Of a stretch of DNA of 64,000 bases, positions 13,721 through 26,918 are shown piece after piece. Made by a program: the position numbers and the translations under genes. The stretch's first letter is position 1. The number at the start of each line of letters is the position of its first letter. Under the pieces are notes generated by a model. It had not been told where the DNA came from and did not search any database. It worked only from the letters and a program-made list of their open reading frames with translations. The stretch comes from Hydrolagus colliei (taxonomy: Eukaryota): positions 9,982,001 to 10,046,000 of the forward strand of contig CM068750.1 in the NCBI GenBank assembly GCA_035084275.1, given 5' to 3'.

Positions 13721-14640
13721 CTTTAGGGATTATTAAACCAAAACAACTCTAGCTGATACATTCAAAATCACTTACTCTCTGAAAATGATTAAGAAGACTG
13801 AGCGAACGATGTGGAGGAATACATTAATCTTGTGAAGCGGTGGAATGCAGTCATACCGAAACAAATCTCTGACTGATAGAGCTGAATCAGTGTATCCCTG
13901 GAATCACTCAGGCTAACCTCTATTGAAGTTTTTAAATTTGCTCCAGATTATAGTCGGCTGTATTCACAAGTCAGAAACTGAGTAATCAATACAAGGGTCA
14001 TCTAGGGCATCAGCAACTAGTCTTAGTCTAATCTGCCGAAACCATTGACCTTAGTGTAATTTTGTGATCTTTTATAAATTAATAGTGCATGCTCATACTG
14101 TCATGTGGCTATGATATAATGCAGTTGGTGGTAAAATGCTGATCTCTCTCACTGAATATAAAACAAAGTCTCACTGAACTGGATTGTAATCAGATGTAAG
14201 TTGATTGTGATTAAAAATATTGTATGAAAGTGTCCATTTGGCTCATTGAGCCAGTGGCTTCAAATGGATCAAATACAACTCCGTTATCAAAGAATTTTCA
14301 ATTTATTTAATCTCTTGAAGGAAATTTATATCCAGAGATAAAACTTCTCAGGAGAGAAATCTCTTGAGAAATTTCTCTTTAACTACCAGTATAATGAAGT
14401 GAAACTCCTATATATCAATCGAGCATTGCCATTGAGAGGGTTGAACATGTGTCAATCGCTAAAACATCTGAACTTTCCGTTACTTGTTTGTTCTGAGATT
14501 TCTGACTGAAAGATTGATATATTTCATGATCTGAACAGATCAGTATATAGTATTTAAATAGAGGCATGAAATAACTATGCAAATACCTACAAAATACCTA
14601 AATGATTATGAGTTATATTCTGCAAATCCTGCTAATTAGA

Positions 14641-14732
14641 TATTCAATTTGCAGCATATTTTGTGTTGTGCTTTGAAACGTCTAGAAAACATGGTAAGGC
14701 GCTATATCAAATGCGAGCATTATTATTATTAT
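14641..14732 (+). mobile_element. SINE 3' tail remnant
   Basis: GCTTTGAAACGTC...AAGGCGCTATATCAAATGC..(ATT)n. Confidence 0.75.
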
Positions 14733-15854
14733 ATATTTATGCTTTCTTGTTTTATCTGTAATGGGTGTGTGTTTATTTTCTGGATTTTTGGATTAAGGCT
14801 ACCTGTTTTTTGAGTTGTGCCATTTCCCTTTTCTTTCCTAATGTTGACACTCCCAATTTCATGGCTTGTCCAGGTATGAAGTCTGCATTACGAAGTCCAG
14901 CAGATTTATTTGCTGGCTGACTTTGTTTTTTGACTGCTACAATTCAAAGCCACATTTTGACTTCAGTTCAAATTCCAGACGGAATTGCTGCCCAGGCCTT
15001 GAACAAATTACATGCAGGTTTTGTTCACCGTCTTTCACAACTGGAGGCAGTTTGCATTTCAGATTACACTATAAGGATTTCACCATTACAACCACACACC
15101 GTTCACATCTGTAATTTACCAACCAGTGGAATTAAGGCCCCACGATTTTATGCTTTGCGCATTGTTTAATTGTAGTAGCGGCTTATAAATGGTGCTGCAA
15201 GCAGTTTGAATCTGTATTCTCTTTGGTAATCGTGTCACTATCCGAATACAATGTTTCACCCAGGTCATTCTCATAAAAATAATCAACTGTGTCCTGTTCT
15301 ATGACCTGAGGTTACATCGTGCTCATGGCACTGAAAGCAGACCCTTTACAAAACACATAGCTGCTTTGCATTATCCCAACATTAGCAAGAATGATGCATA
15401 AAATTAGAAGTCTAAACATTAGCAGAGAGTCAGCACAGAAAATCTAACATTAAAAAAGTTTCATGTTAAAGACGTTTTTTTCAACAAGTGAATAAATGGA
15501 ACATAATACAGTATCATGTGAAATGGGGCAAAAATGCTACTACAGCTGGGTTCATCGCAAATACCCATTTTAATGAAGTATTTATTGGAGTCGAGCTGTG
15601 TCTAAGAGTCATTTAATTGTATATGATTGGTGTAACACTGCTGACTGGGTGAGGAATCTATATCAGTTAAACGGCTTTGTTGGCAGTGTTTGCCTTTAAA
15701 GCTGGCTCCTCCTCCCTTTTGTGGCTGGTCTTATTTCATTTTTGGGTTCACATCTGGGTCCTTGCTACTTTATGATGGTTTCATGTACCTCAACGCACAA
15801 GCTGTGCAACACCAGAGCTGTTCATCACTGCTGTGTTCTAATAATGTATTGTGT

Positions 15855-16246
15855 TTCTTTGATGTAGCTTTTGATCACATCGAAACATTTCAAAGCACTT
15901 ACACAATTGGTCACTTTCTTTGAAGTGTAGTGGCTGTTATTATGTCAGCAAATCCCAATCGGTGCCGTCAACATCCCACAAACAGCAATGAGATGAACAA
16001 CCAATTGATTTGTTTTTTTGGTGAATATCAATGAAGGAGGGATATTGGCCAGAACATAAGGAGAATACCCTGCTCTTTTTCAAAACGGTGCCATTGGATC
16101 TTTCGACGTCAAACAGAGCAAAAAGACTGACCTCACTTTAACTTCTCATCCAAATGGCACACCTCCAGCAAAACAGCCATGTCTCAGTGCCTGCATTATA
16201 GGTTACTTTAAAACATTGAACAGGATTCAAACATAATCATCTGACC
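15855..16246 (-). mobile_element. Deu-domain-like SINE (family B)
   Basis: Reverse-strand match to the 26545 copy: CCCACAAACAGCAATGAGA, ATATTGGCCAG, CCCTGCTCTT, GTGCCATTGGATCTTT, TCTCATCCAAA, CACCTCC. Confidence 0.75.
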
Positions 16247-16787
16247 CGTTTATTGGGATAACTGCAATCCCTTGGTTAAACCGCTCTTCTGCCTTGCTTA
16301 GATTGTTGTTCGCTGATGTAATTTTTTGGTAAATATTTTATGCTTTTGCACCCATACCCCATATGCCGCCCTGTGCTGTCCTGTCCACTTGGTAAAACTG
16401 AATTGAAATGAGCAACATCACTACATGCCTTATTTCAAAGAAATTATCAACTGGTTTTGTTTGATCTTGTTTCTTGCGGTGCAAATTGTTCCAATATTAA
16501 GTAGGAATTGACAATCAGGCTGTTTTGAAGTGCAACTGCTGGTCATAGAAACAGCTGTATTAGTGACTGACTGAGTCTGTAATGATTTATTGTCATAGTC
16601 GAACCCCTTGTAGCCCAGGATCACGTGTATCCAACTCGGGGTGTGCTCCCTGAGAAAATGCAGTCCCTCTCACTTCAAACACTGGCTGGCTTTTCACATG
16701 CAAAATAAATGGCTGACTACCACAGTGTCAAAAGGTCAGGCGGCTTTTTTGCCTACAAAAAACAGCTGATGTCCAGGTTATAATAAA

Positions 16788-17027
16788 ATAATAATAATCC
16801 TTACATTTATATAGCACTTTCCACGTCTTATCGATGTCTCAAAGTGCTTCACAGAATATAACAACGTCCCAAGGTTGGGACCAGAGCAGGGGGTGGGGAG
16901 GGAGAAGAAAAGAGGGAAGAAAGGGGGGGAAAGAGGTAAAGAGGTAGGGACCAGAGCAGGGGGATGGAGGGGTCATGGTTGGGGGAAGGAAAGTAGGAAA
17001 ATTGACTGTATATTTGTGGGTGAATTA
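16788..17027 (-). mobile_element. Family A SINE 3' fragment interrupted by a ~140-bp purine-rich insert
   Basis: Tail 16788-16860 resumes as ATTGACTGTATATTTGTGGGTGAA at ~17001. Confidence 0.75.
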
Positions 17028-20000
17028 TCAGGTAACCATTGACTGTTTCCTGTGCATTGGAGTATGACAAATGTGAAGGAGGTGACATTGTGGTGGTGAA
17101 TCTGATGATCTGGAAGTTAGGCATCCATTGTTTCGCATGCAAAAAGCAGTCTGGTATTTAGAAGCAAAAGCATTGACCGATAATTATTACATTATAATAT
17201 CGACAGTTGCAATATTACAGATGCCCAATTATTGCATCAAAGTCACAAATTAGTTTATCCTGCATAACAGTACGTCAGTGACAATTACATCTTGATCACC
17301 ATATACTTTGTGACACAGTGTATGTGCCTCAGATGTATATTCATGGAAAAATTATAAATTCCTGAGTATTATACATTTATAAACATAAGCTTCCAATGTC
17401 ATCAAGCTCTGACTTTCAGCATTATACATTACACAAGGTAGTGAATTTCCCTGAATTTCAATCTAAAAATGTGGCAATGCCATAGGCCTGCGTCACAAGG
17501 TCAATAGTCCTTCAGTTCCTTGTAATGGAAAGGACATCATTATTGTGATTTTAAAAATGTTAGAAAAAAACCTCATAACCTTAATATGTTTCATAATTAT
17601 AAATTATGATACATACCCCTCAGTAAATCAAAGACAATAACTGAATTTTAGAATTTGGATGAAGAATGGAATCCAGTTTTGCATCTTAGATCATTTGTTT
17701 AGCTTGATTGGATTATTACATTGTAATTCACTTAGAGATGCCCATTATCCTTTATGTAACTCATTGCCACCTATTAACAGATGCAGATAATACATTGACT
17801 TGAAAAGTGGATTTGAAGGGATTTCTAATTGTGGCCAATAATCCATTGCAAAAGGGGACGCAGCAAACAACATGCCTCAGTTGTGCTCGTTTATAAATCC
17901 AGCTTCATTCAAGGGAGGAAGGCAGCAGAGTTAAAATCCCACAACAATAAATTCCTTATGATTTACAAATAGAAAAGCAAACATGGTGTGTAGACGTGTA
18001 ATCACATGGCATGTACACACAGTATTCAAAAAAAGTAAAACCTTCAGTACGACTCATTTAAAATCCCACAAGTGCCGTGATTTGTGTATGCATTTGGTTT
18101 TCTTACTTTCAAACGTAAATAAACCACAATGTATAACGACTTGTGTGCAATTTACTTTTTATTTAAATAAACAAGCAAATATACTGTAGTTCAATTGATG
18201 CTTATCTTGTGGCCGGCTGATTGAGCCTAACTTAAGTCTTTCTGTTGCCTTTGCTTTCATTGCTAAATATCTTTGTTTATGGTTGGTTGCAACTGTAGCT
18301 ATTTCTGATATTTCTAGGTCAGCCATGCCCCACTAGAGGTTATACTAAATAAACAGACATGGAGCAGCCAGGAAGGAGTGGGTTACCAACGCTTAAAGTT
18401 TAATTTTCCTTGATTAATCACCATTACTATTCAAACTGACTTTCTGTGTATATACTCAGAGCTCCAGCAGCCTTAAACATGATTGAACCATGCCAGCCAT
18501 GACAGGGCCTCTAGCCTTTATGCCACTGCCTCTGACTTTCTGTTTGTATTGGGCTTATTAAGGTTTGATCTGCTGCCACATTAAATGTCTCAGATACCTT
18601 AATATAGGCAAGAATTTTGCTTGTGGTCAAATCAAACCAGTCAAGTGCATAATTCGCAGATGCACATCATGCAGCTGTATTCTGGAGGTTTATATTCAAT
18701 GCCAGCGTGTGTGAGAGCAAAAGAAAAAGCGGGAATAAGGACAAGTAGGGGAAATGGATTTAACTTTGTGAATGCCAATGGTTAGATAATAACATATCAG
18801 ATTACATGGTTTTCCAACACACTGACTGAATAAACTCTGCGAGTCTCCAAATTCCCGTCATAAATAACATGGGGAATGGAAATGTGGAATGTTTACAATA
18901 TCCCCCAATTTTAATGGCCCTCCAAGTATTGAAACAATTATTTAGAAAATGAGAAGTTATATGCAGTAAAAGGGCATATAACGTTGAGAGAAAAGTCACT
19001 GTAAACTGTTCATTGTTGAGGGAATGAAGAGTGTACGGAGTATTCGGTACAAAAGGCAGCAGAGAAACAAAGCATATGAGCTTCAGCAATATAGTTTGTA
19101 CAGTGAACAACACAGAGCGCTTAACAATATGATGGCAGGAGGGGGGGGAATTGAGAGACACCAAGCAGAGTAAACAATTTAAGGATATTGCCTACAAATA
19201 CTGTGATGGTATTGTGCTTTTAGGAATATTTTGAAGGCAAGAAGAAGTGAAATGTAGAGGTTCTGGAGGGAAAAACTGAATATTTCTGTAGGTTGAATGA
19301 GTTGCGTCTGAATGAGGGAGTCGCTTGCTCCATTTAAGCTCCTGTAATATCAGGAACATTTTAAAAGAATTAGTGTTGTTAAAGAACACTAAGAGACCCT
19401 CTCTACAGAACACTTGGAGGGTATATGAGTGCGCCATTTTTTATTAGCTCTAAAGTTACATGTTACCCATACTCTTTTGGGCCGTCTCTTTGAGCAATTC
19501 GAATTTTACTTCAATAGTGTTTGTTCAATGTCAATTGTGTCCCATCAGAAGAATGCAATGAACCCCACATTTGGCCTTCAACAACTTAAAGTGGTATCGC
19601 CAAATGCATATGCCAAATGGTATCGCCAAGTGAAAATGCATTGTCTTGCTCATGTTTGTAAGTACTGTATTCATATCATTTTTGCTTTGTTTGCATCATC
19701 CATCTTCTTAGCAAAAAAAATGGGGATGTTGCTCAATGTGTTGCATTTATATTTTTATGACAGTGACCTAGGATTGATGTTCGTTACATGACACCACCGA
19801 CACACTGCATCAATGTAAATCAGAGACTTCCCCACAACCAAGGCAATGAGAGTGGCATGCTGTGCAACATATTCACAATGTACACCACATCACAAACACG
19901 CTGCAAAACATCACCTATCGCTTATTGTGTGATGTAGATTTGTCTCGTTCTCTGAGGTCGCAGACCTCGCCTCACTCCTTTATCCTGTCAGTAAAACTCA

Positions 20001-22825
20001 GCAGAGTCAGTGGATGTTGAGAACCCAAAAGCAGATCCTCTACTGTACCCGCAGTATATTGTCATTTGCAGAAAGGTGACAGAACTGTCAGGGAGCAGAG
20101 TCCCTTCACAAATCTCTTGCAGATCCCACCTGAATGGTAGGCTGAGGAATCTCCCTTAGGGACTGGCCAAATATCCCAAATGTAGATGGATGTGGGAGGC
20201 TAGCTTTGGCAAAGGGCGGAAATTGAGCAAAGGAAATTCTGAGGGAAATTTCAACTCAGGTGAAGAAGGTATATATATCCTCTCAATAAATTCTGCTGAA
20301 CCTTAAATGACCAGACAGGAGCTAAGAAGTGAAGATGGGCTATCTAACCATAGAATAAAGAACAATAATAAAAGTGAACTGTGTTATAATGTGATTCCCT
20401 GGGTTGAATACTTCTGAGGACACGTTATAAACGAAGTGTTAACAAACAACAGGTTTGTCAGGTCACTGCATGCCCGCATGCAACACAAGGGAAGGGACAT
20501 CAGCAGTGGTCCTACAACCTTGTAGTTGGCTGGCTGCATTTTAGCACAGGAAGCTAGCTAGCCAGTGTCAGAAACTTAGTGCACTATGTTTTTGCTTACA
20601 ACATTGGTACAGTATATTGGTCACCAGTAATATAAACAAGTGGGGCACTATGCTAGAGGGGCTTGTGGTGGGGAGTGCTATCACAGTGGTTCCCCTTTAC
20701 CTGGGAGTGTGTGTTCTGGTAACATTGTTTTTCTTCAGCTTTACTTTCTTGATTTGTAATATCCGTCAAACTCCCCAATTTTGTTATAGTCATCCCAGCT
20801 GTTATCCTATATAGTCCACATCCTTAAAGTACAAATAAATCAAACTAGTTATGGCAAGTGACGTGCAATAAAATACTTTTGCTCCATGACCTTTAACTTG
20901 TGCAATTCCATATGTATTGCATCATGACACAAAAGACTGTGTTCAACTGATGTTCAAATGTATGGAGCTGTAATACAGGATTATAAAAAGGCATGTTTGA
21001 TGTGCACTCACTTTCATTCTTACGAATTCCAAATGAACATTTTATTGAATTTCCAATTTATAGCGCACACACTCAGTGCCAAATACCAGGACAGGAAAAA
21101 AATGTTCTTTCCCAGGATATCTATCGTATACGCACTTGGGTTCCCAGATTTTCAGTGAGACCTGAAAAAACTGACATGAAATATCTCCACAAAGCAAGCG
21201 AGGCAACAGTAAAAGGATTGCTCAGGGGAGGAAAATAATTAAACAATGTTTTTATGAAGAAGTGTTTGACAAATATATTTTGCTCACATACAAACATGCA
21301 ATGAAGTTATATTAAAATGTCTCATTGCATCACTTGAACATGAAGAGTGCGAGTGAATCTCTGCTGTTTCCTCATAAGCCTTAAAATAAAATTTCCTCAT
21401 GAAAACAGCGACCCCTTTAGAACTGATGAAAATAAATTAAGAAGTAAGCTTCAGGATCACTTTGCTGGCTGCATCTTAACTACAGCACAATGCAATGAGA
21501 CCTCATTAATTGAGAGCTAGGAAGAATGTATACCTTAGGTGGCAAAATTAATGATGCTCAAGATGGAAGGATCTAGGGTTGTGTATCTATAGATATGGAA
21601 ACGCAAATGGAAACTGCCATTTAAAAAAAAACACAAGTTGCATTGTGTCTTGTGTGTGAGTGCTTTAATAAAAAGTGTATTCAGATTTATACATAATGTT
21701 GGTTAGACTGAAGTATTATGTGCTTATCGTAAAGAAAATACATCTATGCCTTAGGCAGGTCTTTGCAGAGGTTCCCAAGAACTGTACCAAAGAAGGTGTT
21801 AAAGTTATGAGAGTGGACGGTAAAAAAAATAATCTCGCTGCCTGCTAAATTGATGACTAGGATTATCACTCGCAAAATATGGCATTCCTTTAATTAAGTT
21901 GGTGTAGACTCAATTTTATGAAGCAGTCCATTGTAAAATACAGAAGACTATAATTCCCCAAACTGTGTTAGATCAAAAGGAATGATATTGGTTGGTTACA
22001 TAAAACGTTCAATGTGTTAATTATCAGATCATCTAATAACGATATCTCATTGAATGCATTTGTGGTGATATTGTTTCGAATCCATAGTATGAGTTTTTTT
22101 TTAAAAAAGTCAAGCTTAACAAATTTAACACAGTGAAGTCCCAGAAAAACTCTCCCATTTGTTTGATTGTGTAAATAAATAAATAAACCAAAGACTCTTT
22201 GGCTGTCACATGTAGCTTTGATCTTATGTCAGGGTTATATCATCTTAGCTTTGTCTTATCAGCTGTGGTAAGATGGGTTTCCTCACTTATGTGGTTATAA
22301 GATGATAATGTCAGTCAGTGAGCTTCACACCCCTTCCTTGTGTTTGTCCAGTCAAGGAAATGTAGGGTTTCTTGTTGGCATGGACAGTGCGGAAACATCC
22401 AGACTGTGAGTACGAGGTTTTGCATGCAAACAAACCTATATCCTTTTTCCGGCTGACAAGTTCCTTCCTCTATGCTGGGAACAAATTTACTGTTCAATTT
22501 TCCTGAGTTATTTAAGCATGCTCCTTAGAAAATCTCTGGGGAAAAAAAGTTATCTCCTAAAATTAATTCTGTCTTGTCTCATTTTCATGGCAGGCTTTAG
22601 ATGGAGAGTAAACGTAATTGGTAATAATTTTGTAGATTGTCCCTGTAAAGAATATATGTTAGGTTTACAAAAAATGCAATTGACTGAGCATTTAAAATAA
22701 TTTATTTCCCTCTGCCTTTGTAAGAAAGATGAGTTTCTTCTCAATATTCAGCAATTTGGAAATCAGCTGCCAAAAAGGAACTTTGTTACATTCTAACTGG
22801 ATTTTTCAGGAAACTACTTATTATA

Positions 22826-23125
22826 ATAATATTAATTAATAATAATAATAATCCTTGCTAATAATCCCTAATATAGTGCATTATGTCAGGAGGATGACTC
22901 AAAGCTTTTCAAGGATTTATTGTAATTTTGGTGACTATATTTTGTAAAAACAATACATCCCACAAACAACTAAGACCGATTGTTGACCAGGACAAGACAC
23001 CAGAAAAAACTCTATTTTCTTGAGTAGTGCAAATAGATCTCTAACATCCAACTGAACAGTCTGACAAGACCACAGTTTGATGTGACATCTGGAGTGTGGC
23101 ACCTCTGGCATGTACACGGTCCTAA
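22826..23125 (-). mobile_element. Deu-domain-like SINE fragment with (TAA)n tail
   Basis: AATAATAATCCTTGC tail, CATCCCACAAACA, TGTTGACCAGGACA, CCACAGTTTGATGTGACATC, GGCACCTCTG. Confidence 0.65.
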
Positions 23126-26100
23126 TTTTATTGCATTTGGTGCAGGTTGATAAGAACCATGGTCCTGAGGATCCCAGAGTTGGGCTACCACTGGAGCCTA
23201 ACCAACAAAAAATGCAATTTTCCATTGAGAACACTGCTTGACAAGCTATCCCGCTGCTTGTCCATGTAGGACCATCTTACCCGTTAGTGCTTTAGCTTGC
23301 AGGAATAGTTGAGCTGAGTGGGAAGAGTCCCTGCTCTCAGTGACTGGATCGCTTGCGATATGCCATCCACCTTGATGTTCTTGAGATCCAAGCCTATTGC
23401 TGAGCACCAGGCTCACTCAGCACCACCTGCTTAATCCAGTTCCTCATGTGAGGGGCCAACTGTGAAGCCAAGTCCACTTCCAGGGTGCTCAGTGACAGGT
23501 CAGTGTAGGCAAGAGTCCTCCATCCCTGCAGCCACTCCTAATTTTATATTGAGTCTGGTTCTGTTAACGTGCGTCATCACTCATACAAATGCAATGCACA
23601 TGCAACACCGCAGCTGAACACAGAGTGTGGCAGTCTGACTGGGGTCGCTGCTCTCCCACTCTCACATCAGACAATCCAATTTTACAGCAGGGTGTCTGGA
23701 AAATATCTAAAATGGAAACTCAACACCAAACATCTGTGTCTTTTTTAAAAAAAGTATATTTTGTCCACTTTGTTCTTGTGAAATTGGGATGTCGATTGCT
23801 CTTGGTGTTACGTTATTGTCTAAGAGCTAATGAAGCTTCGCAGCATAGAGCTGTGCAGCCTGTTACAGGCTTTGTCTTATTTTACGTCAGCTCCAGCTGA
23901 CTCCTTGTATGGCGCCAGCACAGGAGAAACATCCACCAGGGGATCAAAGTCAGGTTACTTGGCAAACTGTGGCAACTCTACAGCCAGGCAGGGGGCAATG
24001 AACACAAGCCGGGCCTGCAAGACAAAACCTCAGTTCCTCACTTTAACATGTTTTATCTCCCTTTGTGAATTTGAAGCCTCCCTCCTCTGTGCTGGATTGT
24101 CTCCTCAAGGTAGCAGTTGGCAATAAAAAAACAAAACTTTATCTTCCGGCAACAATCGACTGCACAGAAACAAGGCCTGCTGATAACCCAGGTCTCATTC
24201 ATTTCAAATCCACATCTGCAGCCAAGAAGTTAAGCTAGTCTGCGGGTAAGAACTGGGTCAATGTGCCACCTTTTTTTGTTGTTGCGGTTTTAGCCAAATG
24301 CTTTGTGCTTATTTGCAAATATGCTGGGGAATTCGAGGGCACCTGTGAACAGGGCAAACGTAACACACATGCGCACATTAAAATTTACCCACCCACAAAG
24401 AATTCCAAACGCTGCCACCACTCTTTAAATAATAAAAGAGAGCAGTACACGAAAACAATGGTAAGAACCTGCTCGTAGGTTATGAGGTCAACTCATTTGT
24501 TGAATATTTATGGTATTCAGCAACTCTCTGCTGGATATCCTTTATAATGTAGCCTGCTGGGAAAGGAAAGTTAACACCTTCCTCATCTAAAAGCCTTTGT
24601 CCGTAATCTCAATGCCATCAAGCAATGAAGAACAGCAAGATACTGAATTTATTGCTCAGTTCAAGTTTTAGCCCCAAGTCTATTATGTCTATCTTCTGTT
24701 TGGCAATTGAGTCATTTTAATAACATAATGGATTTTCTAAACGGTTTCCCTTTGAAAGGGACTTTGCTGGTTTAAAGTGACCAGGCTCCCTTGCCTGCCC
24801 AGTCACAGCAAACCATTTTCCGCAGACATGCTCTGAAAGTGCTTGTCACGAAACTCTTGCATTCCATCAGCGGTAAACAATCTCAGCATTGCAGACGTGC
24901 AAATAAAACCATGCATTGTGTTTCTGCAAGGTATGGCCTCGGGAACTAATAATGACTCTGTATTTTCCAAACCCAGGTTCAGAAAAGGGATTTGTGTCAA
25001 AAGATGTGGCAGCCTGCTGGCTAATGCTAAAGCTTTCGATGTGAAGTTTGCAGTTTGCTCAGGACTGGATCGATCTGATTTAGTATTTTATGTTTCACAT
25101 ATGTGATAAATATCAATTTGTGGCTAGAAAAGAAGACTTCTGCCTGGTTAAGAAACTTGAGTTAAATATTGAATAAAATTGGCCTTTGCAGCTCTCTCCC
25201 TCAGAGTTGCTACAATAAAAGGCAATAAAGCCGCAAGCAGGAACTAAAGATATATTTTACCATGGGTAGAAACAAGCAGAGCTACATTAACCCATAATAT
25301 GAAGACATGGGTGAACTTGCTCTGCAGTCGTAACTACATAATTTGTGTTGATCTGATGTGGTTTCTGGGGGATGGCCTTGCGTCAATTTGCTTTGTGTTG
25401 GTTTATGTGGTTTAACGATGTCTGGTCTGACTACAGTTGATACAAGGCCAACCCTAAAATGTCTGACCAATACAAAGGAACGGCTTTCAAAACGCTTGTG
25501 TGAAAAAGATTTGGGGCAGTCCAGCAGACTTCTCCAGAGGTTTCAAATGTCATTGGAGTACCTGGGGCTCTCCCAGATTTTTAATAACTTTATAAATAAG
25601 GCAGTGTTGTCTTCTGGTCAGCTTGGCGCTCTAGCTGCTTTTGAGTGGACAAACACAGAGCTCTGCTTCGCTTGTGCTGAGCTCAAAGTAAGAGTAATAC
25701 TGAGCTGGCTGAATAATTCCAGTTTCCACGTTTGCGTCACTTGACTGCAAGCAGAAAGTTGAAGAGTGCCTGAAGTTCAATCACCCCACTAACGTTTACT
25801 TATCTAGCCTTCAGCGTTCAGCTTTGTCTTGTACAAAAAGCAATTGTTACTCAAATCTCCAGCCTTTTTGCTTAGATAATAGGTAGGAGTAGATTATAAG
25901 AAGAATGTTCAATCAAGAGAATGCCAAATCTCTCACTGTTGCACTTTGTACCTTTAGTTATTTGCTCCAACTGTTTTAGATTTTTTTTAAATGTTAGCGG
26001 CAAACACTGAAACATCTGATTTTCCTGAGTATTTCCCTTTGTGCTTTCATTATGATGGCAGAAAACAATTTGAACTATAACATACCTATTATGTTACTGA

Positions 26101-26544
26101 TACAAGGACACTACACATCTAACTCTTTGTAGTTAGGAGATGTTTCAAAGTAGTATAAAGAATTTATTTGTAAAAAAAATTTGGATTGAATGATACAATA
26201 AGTCATATACTGTACAGTACCTTTTAAGCATGAAGATCTTAGTCTTTTTAAAGTGTGGTACTGTATAGTATTTGTGAAATATGCTACATTATTCCAATGA
26301 ACTCCTTTAAATACAGTCAAACCACCAGACTTTTCAGCACCCTGCAGCTCCCTCATCTGTCCAGTTTTCAGTATTACACAAAGCAAAAATATCCGCTTTT
26401 TATAATTTCTTTGCTCACCTTAACCTGTCAAAATTGTTCGTCAGGTGATGCAATTTCATTATATCCTGAACATTTACGTATAAAAAACAATTACGTATTG
26501 TTTGGGAAAAAAAAATTCAGTCTGAATGTTGTGTGGCTGTGTTA

Positions 26545-26918
26545 TTGTCTCACCCTCAAGGCTGACGATCCAGTGCAGTTCTGGGGTACAGCTGTTTTGT
26601 TGGAGGTGCCGTCTCCTTCAGTTGAGATATTAATCTGAAGTCCATTTTGCCTGTTCAGGTGGACTTCAAAGATCCTGTGGTGCTATGTGAAAAGAGAAGG
26701 TAGTTTCTCCTGGTGTCATTGGCCAATAATCTCCCAGATAAAATTGGTCACTCACTTCATGGCTGTTGATGTAACATTGCTGTGCATAAATTGGCTGCTG
26801 CGTTTGCTTACAAATACACATTCACTATACTCTACAATAAATCCTGTGAAGTATTTTGAGATGTTTTGACAATGTTGTAAGATACTGTATGAAATGCAGG
26901 GATTATTATATTATTATA
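26545..26918 (+). mobile_element. Deu-domain-like SINE (family B), head truncated
   Basis: AGGCTGAC..CCAGTGCAG...TGTTGGAGGTGCCGTC...CAGGTGGAC..AAAGATCC...AAATTGGCTGCTGCGTTT...AAATGCAGGGATTATT. Confidence 0.8.
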
